Below are positions 57,590-64,000 of a stretch of DNA of 64,000 nucleotides, piece by piece. Position 1 is the stretch's first letter. Each line of letters starts with the position of its first letter. The notes beneath the pieces were generated by a model. That model ran no database searches and was not told the origin of the DNA. It worked only from the letters and a program-made list of their open reading frames with translations. The position numbers and the translations under genes were made by a program. The stretch comes from a virus. Its lineage: Duplodnaviria > Heunggongvirae > Uroviricota > Caudoviricetes. The stretch is taken from IMG/VR virus record IMGVR_UViG_3300032007_000008; one strand, given 5' to 3'.

Positions 57590-57758
57590 GTTTCTCCTTT
57601 TATGTCCTTGAAACGCCGCCCATTATACCATATCAGGATTGTGAAGTCAAGTGGTACCCGCAGAAAAAATTTCAAAAAATCCTGTTCCGCCCACTTGACT
57701 TTTCAAAAGGCATCTGCTATAATAGGCGGCGTTTCAAGGACAAAAAGGAGAATCGAAT

Positions 57759-57950
57759 ATGAGAGAGCCTAAGTTCAGCACAGGTCAGAACGTGACCTTC
57801 GTGCAGTTCGACGAAGAGAAAAAGGAGTTTGTCAACCTGAAGGGAACCGTGGCGGACTACCGTCTCGGCTATCAGGACTTCTCCTACGACATCACAGGAG
57901 AGGACGGAAAGGACTACTTCTCCGTTCCGGAGTGCGCAATCAGGGCATAG
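57759..57950 (+). CDS. small SH3-like early protein
   Basis: PKFSTGQNV; first after module. Confidence 0.75.
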   Translation: MREPKFSTGQNVTFVQFDEEKKEFVNLKGTVADYRLGYQDFSYDITGEDGKDYFSVPECAIRA

Positions 57951-57978
57951 GCGAAATTAAGAGAAAGGATACCTAAAC

Positions 57979-58269
57979 ATGAAAAAGAAAACCATTACGG
58001 CAATCATGGACGACATCGTTAGGATGATGACCTCCTGCGGTGTGCAGTCAATCAACCTGAAAAACGGCGACGGAGAGGGGATTGAACTTCCAATCCGTTT
58101 TCCAAAGGGAGACGAGCATGAAGACCTGCACTTCTGCATCGACGTTCTGTACTCTTCCCTGAACGCGGACGATTGCTTTTTCCGCGCTTGGCACCTTCCG
58201 TCCGTAATCAAGGACTTGAAGATTTGGGAGTGCCTGCAATCCATCGTGAGGGAAGAACTCGGACTGTGA
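57979..58269 (+). CDS. hypothetical early protein
   Basis: AAAGGA RBS. Confidence 0.7.
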   Translation: MKKKTITAIMDDIVRMMTSCGVQSINLKNGDGEGIELPIRFPKGDEHEDLHFCIDVLYSSLNADDCFFRAWHLPSVIKDLKIWECLQSIVREELGL

Positions 58270-58305
58270 TTTTGTATCGAAAGAAGAAACAAAGGAGTAT
58301 CTGAA

Positions 58306-58542
58306 ATGGCGAAGGACAACAAGAAGGCCGGAGTGGTGAAGGATGACGGCGAGTTCCGCGAGGTCATGATTCAGTTGCTGACAAGCTCGGTATCGTCCGA
58401 CTACGCGCACCACATCGCGGACAAGATTTTCAAGGCCGTGAAGGAGGACGTGAACGAGTGCGCAAGCGAGGACTGGAGCCTTGGCGATGTCGCATACGGA
58501 ATCGGTCGCGTACTCATGAAGAAACTCCGCATCGAAGTCTGA
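58306..58542 (+). CDS. hypothetical early protein
   Basis: AAGGAG RBS. Confidence 0.7.
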   Translation: MAKDNKKAGVVKDDGEFREVMIQLLTSSVSSDYAHHIADKIFKAVKEDVNECASEDWSLGDVAYGIGRVLMKKLRIEV

Positions 58543-58726
58543 CTTGACGCGGCGGACGGACGGTTTTCGTCCGTCCGTTCCTCTTTTGGCCGAAAGGCTT
58601 TCATGGAGAAGTGATTTTGTCAAGGGGAATCTCGCAGAAAAATTTTGTTTTTTCTTTCTGTTTGCCCTTGACTTCACAATCCTGATATGCTATAATGGGC
58701 GGCGTTTAAGGGACAAAGGAGACAAC

Positions 58727-59086
58727 ATGAAAACCACAGACAAGTTCAGATACCAGACCTACGGCGGCTTCTATACCTGCCAGTTCGCAACCGGCAGATA
58801 CGGAAACGGAAACCTCGCCCTTGAAGCAATGGGCGCGGAAGGAACGCAGGAAGAGGGAGACCCTATCGTCCGCGTGACGGTGAACCCCGGAGTGCCTGTG
58901 CCGGAAGACTGCATTGCGGTCAAGAACTACAGCGAGAACGAGGGGATGGACAATCTTCTCATCAGCCTTGGAATCATCGAAGACACGCCCGTGGCTCGCA
59001 TACCGAGCGGTTTCGTGGAGATTCCCGTTTACCGTCTCACGGAGAGCGGCAAGGAACTGTTCAAGGACAACCGTCAGGAGGTGTGA
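58727..59086 (+). CDS. DUF4313-like protein
   Basis: YGNGNLAL...TVN...VKNYSENEG...SGFVEIPVY. Confidence 0.75.
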   Translation: MKTTDKFRYQTYGGFYTCQFATGRYGNGNLALEAMGAEGTQEEGDPIVRVTVNPGVPVPEDCIAVKNYSENEGMDNLLISLGIIEDTPVARIPSGFVEIPVYRLTESGKELFKDNRQEV

Positions 59087-59087
59087 A

Positions 59088-59291
59088 ATGGCTATTCCAA
59101 AGCGTCTGAAAAGCATTACGAAGGAAAAGGCCGAGAGCCTAATCAACAAGCACCTCAAGGCCGGAGACGGCTATTGGGAGGGAAGCCCCATGTATTCGGA
59201 CTTCATTTACGGCACGGGATTCAAACTCACGCTTCTCCGTCCGCCATGCGGTTGCTGGGGCGATTGGGAGACCGGTCCTGTTTCGCTTTAA
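59088..59291 (+). CDS. hypothetical early protein
   Basis: AGGAGG RBS. Confidence 0.65.
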   Translation: MAIPKRLKSITKEKAESLINKHLKAGDGYWEGSPMYSDFIYGTGFKLTLLRPPCGCWGDWETGPVSL

Positions 59292-59306
59292 GGAAGGGAG
59301 ACTGCC

Positions 59307-59507
59307 ATGCGCAAGTTTAGGGTGTTTAGGGAAGTCATTGTGATTCTCGAACGGGAAATCGAAGCGGAATCCTTCAATGACGCAAGGACGAAGATGCAAA
59401 CGAGCACCATAACGCCGGATGACATTGCGAAGGGCGAGGTCGCAGATTCCAAGATAACGGGGGCGGAGGACACGTCCAACGGAGAGTTGCACTACTTCGA
59501 CGATTAG
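59307..59507 (+). CDS. DpnD/PcfM-like small protein
   Basis: EIEAESFNDARTK. Confidence 0.65.
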   Translation: MRKFRVFREVIVILEREIEAESFNDARTKMQTSTITPDDIAKGEVADSKITGAEDTSNGELHYFDD

Positions 59508-59603
59508 GGGTAGTGCAACAAAAATCTTTCGATTCCCCCTTGACTTCACAATCCTGTTTTGCTATAATAGGCGGCGTTTCAAGGACAACAAAAGGAGAAA
59601 ACA

Positions 59604-59759
59604 ATGAACGCAGAAGAACTGACAGACATCATCTACAACGCGCTCAAACTCGACAGCCGCGAATGGTCGATGGAGTTCGACGATTACAATCCGCAGGTCA
59701 TTCACATCAAGCACGAAGAGAGCGAAGAAGAGTTCAAACTCACAATCTCCAAGGAGTGA
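59604..59759 (+). CDS. 51 aa acidic early protein
   Basis: First after module; manual translation. Confidence 0.65.
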   Translation: MNAEELTDIIYNALKLDSREWSMEFDDYNPQVIHIKHEESEEEFKLTISKE

Positions 59760-59763
59760 CACC

Positions 59764-60006
59764 ATGCCGAAGAACGAAATGGCAACCGCGTATGTCATGG
59801 AGACCGCGAAGGGCGAGTTCCTTCAGGTGCTTCACGGCCCTGACGGAAACGCAATCAGTCTCGACTTCACCAATAGCATCTGGGAAGCCTATTGGGGGAA
59901 GTCCAAGGACTGCCTTGAGGGGTTTACTGGGTATATCGACGACGGTTTCAAGCGTGGCTATCCAAAGTACCACAAGGTGCGGCTGTCGTGCGAGTTCGTG
60001 GACTGA
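59764..60006 (+). CDS. hypothetical early protein
   Basis: AAGGAG RBS. Confidence 0.7.
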   Translation: MPKNEMATAYVMETAKGEFLQVLHGPDGNAISLDFTNSIWEAYWGKSKDCLEGFTGYIDDGFKRGYPKYHKVRLSCEFVD

Positions 60007-60020
60007 AGGGGGAGAGAACG

Positions 60021-60365
60021 ATGAAGAAAGCCTTTGCGAAGAGGGGTAGGAAGCCCTACCCCAAGCACAAACTGACAGAAGCCGAACACGACTTCGTGTG
60101 CCTGATGGCCGACACGACGCAATGCAACTGGTTCACGATAGCAGGTTCGACAATCGACCTTGCCACAGGCAAGCGTCTTCACTTCAAGTCTGACGAGTAC
60201 GACTGCGTGTACGACCTTGAGCGTCGGCGGTTCATCTCGTTGCAGTACGGTCTTCGGCTTCTGATGGAAGCGTTCGAGGGAGGTGGACATCTCGACGGAC
60301 TGCGGGGGCGAAGCGACGAACTGAAGGTCTGGAACCGCCTATGCGAGATTGTTCGCGGCAAGTGA
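60021..60365 (+). CDS. hypothetical early protein
   Basis: GGAGA RBS. Confidence 0.7.
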   Translation: MKKAFAKRGRKPYPKHKLTEAEHDFVCLMADTTQCNWFTIAGSTIDLATGKRLHFKSDEYDCVYDLERRRFISLQYGLRLLMEAFEGGGHLDGLRGRSDELKVWNRLCEIVRGK

Positions 60366-60392
60366 GAATTGTATCCAAAGGAGAAACATTGC

Positions 60393-60749
60393 ATGGCAAG
60401 GGAAAGAATGTCATACGTCGATAGTGCCTTCTACGTCGTTCTCGGCGAAGACGGTTGGTGGATGTGCAACCCGGAATCCCCCTATGACAGGAAGTACGGA
60501 AAGGAAAACATCGCCACAGACTGCGGAAACCCGATGAACGCCGTGAGGTTCGACTTCGCATGGGACGCCGAGAGGTACATAGACGAGAACTGGCCGAGCG
60601 TCGGCGGTAAGACGCGGCCTGTCGTGGAACTCGTGGAGTTGAAGGTCAGCGTGAAGACCGTCAAGAAGCCTGAGCCTTGGAGCGGAAAGCGCGGCTGTGC
60701 GAAAAAAGTTCAGAAAAAATCCAAATCGCGCTTGACTTCAAAGGCTTGA
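60393..60749 (+). CDS. hypothetical early protein
   Basis: AAGGAGA RBS; C-terminus runs into the next promoter. Confidence 0.7.
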   Translation: MARERMSYVDSAFYVVLGEDGWWMCNPESPYDRKYGKENIATDCGNPMNAVRFDFAWDAERYIDENWPSVGGKTRPVVELVELKVSVKTVKKPEPWSGKRGCAKKVQKKSKSRLTSKA

Positions 60750-60801
60750 TTTGGTATAATGTGCGGCATCAAAGGGAATTGTATCCAAAGGAGAAACAAC
60801 A

Positions 60802-61158
60802 ATGGGCAACACTACAGAGCGTTCATCGACGTACAATGGCAAGAAGATTGAGATTCTTTCCAGCGGCAACAGGTACATCTACGTCGTAGTTCGCAAACTT
60901 ACGAAGAAGGACCACGTCACCTACGGCGAGGAAAGCGGTCGGCTTGCGAAGGTTCGCGACAAGGACTGGGGCTTCGTCGCTCTTGAAAACACGGAATCCA
61001 AGGCGCGTCGTTCGATGGAGCGTTGCGTCGAGGCGTGGCAGATGACAGGTGACTACGGCGAAGTGTTCGGCGTTGCGTCGTTCATCGGCGGAAAGTTCAT
61101 CCTTCTCGACGCGATGACCGTGGAGAAGCCCGCAAAGAAGGGGAAGAAGAATGTGTGA
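60802..61158 (+). CDS. hypothetical early protein
   Basis: First gene after module. Confidence 0.75.
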   Translation: MGNTTERSSTYNGKKIEILSSGNRYIYVVVRKLTKKDHVTYGEESGRLAKVRDKDWGFVALENTESKARRSMERCVEAWQMTGDYGEVFGVASFIGGKFILLDAMTVEKPAKKGKKNV

Positions 61159-61741
61159 TTCCATGGTGTACCGCTACAAGAGGGACGAGGTGTTCGCCCT
61201 CATGCGACGGATTGCCGAGACCGAGGGAGTGAAGGTAACGTTCCTCAAGAAGAACCAAGGGTGGGGCGGCTACAACTACGGAGCGAGCGCAGGCGATGAA
61301 ATCATGCTTGCTCCGTTCAAGAAGTTGAAGGTGGACGGATTCAATCCGAACTCGTCCGAACACGACTGCACGAACCCGCTTGAATGTATGCTAATCTCGT
61401 TCTTCCACGAACTTTCGCACATCAAGCTGACCAAAAAGGTTCCGTCCGTCGTAAAGGGACATTCGTGGAACGACACGAGCAAGTTCCAGTTCGAGTTGTG
61501 GATTACGATGCTTGGAATCGAGTACGCGCACTCGAAGTACGGAATAAAGTTCTCCGACGATACCGTGCAATGGATGCTCTACGAGGGGTTCACCTACGCG
61601 GTACACGAAAACGACGAGGATGACGGAGGGCTACACTATGGCCTTAGACAGAGGAAGGCCACAAGGAACGGCTACGAGGTCGTTTCAGAATGGGAGTACA
61701 GGGGCGATGGAAAGCCAAGAGTACAGAAACGGAAAGGTTAG
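61151..61741 (+). CDS. HExxH metallopeptidase-like protein
   Basis: ISFFHELSH...FE. Confidence 0.7.
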   Translation: MCDSMVYRYKRDEVFALMRRIAETEGVKVTFLKKNQGWGGYNYGASAGDEIMLAPFKKLKVDGFNPNSSEHDCTNPLECMLISFFHELSHIKLTKKVPSVVKGHSWNDTSKFQFELWITMLGIEYAHSKYGIKFSDDTVQWMLYEGFTYAVHENDEDDGGLHYGLRQRKATRNGYEVVSEWEYRGDGKPRVQKRKG

Positions 61742-61997
61742 GCTCTGCGGAATAGACTTCGATTATCCGTCCAACCTTCTTCCGAGGGAGATAACCAGAT
61801 GGACGGAGGGAAAAAGGACGAAACTTGTCGGCATCAACCTGTGCGAGTACCACAGAGAGGGAAATGCGACGGTATGCTGGCAGTACACGCTGTCGATGTC
61901 CAACTACGGAGGTTGCTTCCTCGACGGAAAGCCCCTTAAGGGGGATGACATCGAGAGGGCGAAGACAATCTTCAAGGAACTTTCGATTGCGCCTTGA
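61707..61997 (+). CDS. hypothetical protein
   Basis: In operon; stop lies inside the next -35 box. Confidence 0.6.
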   Translation: MESQEYRNGKVRLCGIDFDYPSNLLPREITRWTEGKRTKLVGINLCEYHREGNATVCWQYTLSMSNYGGCFLDGKPLKGDDIERAKTIFKELSIAP

Positions 61998-62043
61998 CTT
62001 TGAAAGAGGATTTTGCTAAAATGTCTAGCCAAAGGAGAACACT

Positions 62044-62349
62044 GTGAAAACGAAAAAGATTGCGAAATATTACGGATGCTTCTTCAGCGAAGGGGCGGAC
62101 GGAAGCGAAATCGTTGTCGAACACGACAATGTGCCGGTTGGAAAGGCCAAGGCGTGGTTCACCGAGTCGTTTCGGCATCATGTCGGCAAACTTCCCTCAG
62201 ATAGGAGGACAAGGCTGTTCATGGGGCTGGAGACCGTGACCGCACGGCGCGGAGGTCTTTCGATGAGGTGGGAAATTGGATTTACGATGCTCTCGGAGAG
62301 CAAGAAAAGGAAGAATGGAAATGTACATAAACCAAAAGCAGATAAGTGA
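62044..62349 (+). CDS. hypothetical protein
   Basis: GTG start after AAGGAGA. Confidence 0.65.
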   Translation: MKTKKIAKYYGCFFSEGADGSEIVVEHDNVPVGKAKAWFTESFRHHVGKLPSDRRTRLFMGLETVTARRGGLSMRWEIGFTMLSESKKRKNGNVHKPKADK

Positions 62350-62551
62350 CTTCTGGTTCGAGAAGAACGGAACTTTCACGGAGAAGGTAATCAACGGATA
62401 TGGAATCCGCAGAGAGGACAACAAGCCCCTCTACGACAGGATTCAGAAGATTCTCTTTCGGGACAAAAAGAGGTTCTATCGCGGAATCGCAATCACTACG
62501 GCTGAAACCGACCGAGAAATCACTCGGCTGATTGAAAAGTCCAAAGTGTAA
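62315..62551 (+). CDS. hypothetical protein
   Basis: In operon. Confidence 0.55.
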   Translation: MEMYINQKQISDFWFEKNGTFTEKVINGYGIRREDNKPLYDRIQKILFRDKKRFYRGIAITTAETDREITRLIEKSKV

Positions 62552-62783
62552 AGTTATCACAGTTGAAATCCCTCCTGCGGCAATAAATACCAATGGAGGG
62601 AACATGATACTGACAATCGAACGAGAGGACGGAACAAAGGTAAGTTGCACCTATCACGAATGTATAGACGCGCTCGAAAGGGGGTTGAGACACCATTTCC
62701 TGCTGACCCAATGGGAGAGGGACGAGTGCATGAAGGCCATTGAGAAGATTAGGATGAACTTCGTTCCAAAAAACACTAAATAG
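62532..62783 (+). CDS. hypothetical protein
   Basis: In operon; start uncertain. Confidence 0.55.
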   Translation: MKSPKCKVITVEIPPAAINTNGGNMILTIEREDGTKVSCTYHECIDALERGLRHHFLLTQWERDECMKAIEKIRMNFVPKNTK

Positions 62784-62803
62784 TGAGAAAGACTTAAACG
62801 ACT

Positions 62804-63868
62804 ATGAAAGACCTTGGAATCATAAAGGAAAAAAACGATTTTCACCGTCTGGGACACAACATGGTTTCATTCGGTACGCTCGACGATGGGGCGGCTAACG
62901 AGGAAATCGTGTCAAAGGCGGTCGGACACCACATCATCTACTTCGGGTACAGCGACTACGGCGGGGACATCTTCGAGAAACTCTGCTGTCAGTCCGTATG
63001 CGCGAAGGTTGATAAGCAGGAAATCGACCCCGACACCGTGCTTCACGAAAACACGGCATACAGCGGCGAGCAGATGCTTGTCCTTGGGGAACTCGCGGAC
63101 AAGATTGCGGAAGCGAACAACGACCCCTACCGCATTGCCGACGCAATCGGCTTCGACCTCGACGAGGATTTGACGAAACTGGAGTACAAGTACATCACCA
63201 ACGCCGTTGACTACATGGTTACTGAATTTCAGAACGACGGCCTTGAAGTCACGGAAGAGGACAGGGAGTTCATGTTCGAGTGGCTTGAACAGAATGGACG
63301 TTCCACCGCGAACGACTGGGACTTCAACAGCCAGGAACTCGAAAAGGTGTTCAAGGAAGAGCGCAAGGGCGTGAGCGAACTGCGTGAAAGCGTTTCCGAC
63401 ATCGTTGCGGCAAAGGTCGTGTACGACAAGGATGCTGATTCCTATACGCTTATGACAACCGCCGGCGACGAAATCTCAATCGGCTCCGTGGAAGATGCAA
63501 GGGAATATTGCCGGAAGCACGGACTTTCTCTCGTTTCCGACGACGCGGAAACCCTGACGGAATCCACTCTTGGCTATCCTACCGCTCTCGAATACTCCAT
63601 GGTGAGCGCAAGGGAGAACGCGAAGAAGATTATCGAGAACGCTAAGAAGATTCAGTCACTTCTCGAAACCCTCGAATCGTCCGACATGGACTCAAAGGAG
63701 TTCAAGGTGAAGTACGACGGAGGGAATCTCCTTTGGCTCATCGAACAGGAAGCGAACCTCATCGTCGAACACAGCGAATCGCTGAAGGACAAGCTCGCTG
63801 CGGCTGACAAGGCTTACGCCGAGGACATGGAACTTGTGAAAAAGGCGAGTTCACAGTCTGCGGAGTAG
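62804..63868 (+). CDS. putative late/internal head protein
   Basis: CTAAATA at 62776; acidic; internal LRES and LTES motifs. Confidence 0.7.
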   Translation: MKDLGIIKEKNDFHRLGHNMVSFGTLDDGAANEEIVSKAVGHHIIYFGYSDYGGDIFEKLCCQSVCAKVDKQEIDPDTVLHENTAYSGEQMLVLGELADKIAEANNDPYRIADAIGFDLDEDLTKLEYKYITNAVDYMVTEFQNDGLEVTEEDREFMFEWLEQNGRSTANDWDFNSQELEKVFKEERKGVSELRESVSDIVAAKVVYDKDADSYTLMTTAGDEISIGSVEDAREYCRKHGLSLVSDDAETLTESTLGYPTALEYSMVSARENAKKIIENAKKIQSLLETLESSDMDSKEFKVKYDGGNLLWLIEQEANLIVEHSESLKDKLAAADKAYAEDMELVKKASSQSAE

Positions 63869-63891
63869 AAATCAAGGCCGCAGTCTTTGGA

Positions 63892-63922
63892 AAGGGGGCT
63901 TTCAAGCCCTCTTTTTTTTTTT
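63892..63922 (+). terminator. intrinsic terminator
   Basis: AGGGGGCTT-TC-AAGCCCTCT followed by T run. Confidence 0.75.
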
Positions 63923-64000
63923 GCACTTACCCTCTTGACTTCCAAAACCGTTTTTGGTATAATTGTCGGCACAAAGGAGAAAAAGATGGACGGAGAAAAC

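Larger units (their letters stand above)
29520..57651 (-). repeat. 37 dispersed copies of an early promoter/leader/RBS module (leftward)
   Basis: TTGAC[A/T/G]-17/18bp-TATAAT-[a/g]GGCGGCG-tttcAAGGACAAAAGGAGA; -10 boxes near 29558, 30534, 31242, 31968, 32591, 33787, 34288, 34904, 35414, 36097, 36664, 37521, 38154, 38849, 39678, 39951, 40449, 40906, 41657, 42454, 43481, 44409, 45394, 45950, 46341, 46651, 47453, 48335, 49741, 51160, 51820, 52959, 53688, 54738, 55844, 56504, 57622. Confidence 0.95.
28893..58624. repeat. 24 copies of bipartite motif CTTGACA-N6-CTTCTC
   Basis: Plus strand at 28893, 29636, 30613, 31305, 35489, 36171, 36771, 37598, 38919, 40013, 40970, 42528, 44471, 46020, 47525, 48444, 53032, 54810, 56576; minus strand at 32072, 32689, 33870, 34373, 58606. 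Confidence 0.9.
57694..63981 (+). repeat. 6 copies of the same promoter module (rightward)
   Basis: -35 boxes near 57695, 58668, 59540, 60732, 61994, 63935; the last three have more diverged leaders. Confidence 0.9.

Noticed and set aside
29520-59600. Repeat array as a CRISPR locus
   Set aside because: Repeats are promoter/RBS modules separated by 0.3-1.4 kb of coding sequence, not by constant 30-40 bp spacers; no cas genes in the window
29520-59600. Classical integron attC cassette array
   Set aside because: No integrase in the window, I could not see consistent RYYYAAC/GTTRRRY cores, and each cassette has its own promoter; only a functional analogy remains
1-64000. Alternative genetic code (stop-codon reassignment)
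   Set aside because: Known proteins (DnaK, PARP, methyltransferases, KpsC-like) are intact in code 11, and TAA, TAG and TGA all end genes at sensible positions

Overview
This window looks like part of a large (jumbo-type, T4-like regulatory logic) bacteriophage genome, not a bacterial chromosome. 1-26 kb (AT-richer) holds auxiliary genes: a 5'-truncated dnaK, two DNA methyltransferases, a radical SAM enzyme, three tRNAs, a metallophosphoesterase, a PARP-type ADP-ribosyltransferase, a 2H phosphoesterase, a KpsC-like glycosyltransferase, an HNH nuclease and a YqeY protein. Interleaved with them are stand-alone genes with a CTAAATA late-promoter motif that share an N-terminal I-x-x-A-Y leader and internal (I/V/L)-x-E|S motifs, consistent with head-packaged, protease-processed proteins. 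From about 28.8 to 64 kb (GC-richer) lies an array of about 43 short operons of small hypothetical genes. Each starts with a near-identical ~60 bp module (TTGAC[A/T]-17bp-TATAAT-aGGCGGCG-tttcAAGGACAAAAGGAGA); 37 point left and 6 point right from a divergence point near 57.67 kb. About 24 modules are accompanied by a second invariant bipartite motif, CTTGACA-N6-CTTCTC, of unknown function. Other notable items are promoter-driven non-coding candidates (a G-tract locus at 28.7 kb and a structured RNA at 36.85 kb), a poly-G-frameshifted LamG gene that captured a duplicated late promoter, and apparent GATC avoidance. All calls come from reading the sequence and recalled motifs; no database searches were run, and many start codons were moved to the ATG downstream of the visible RBS.
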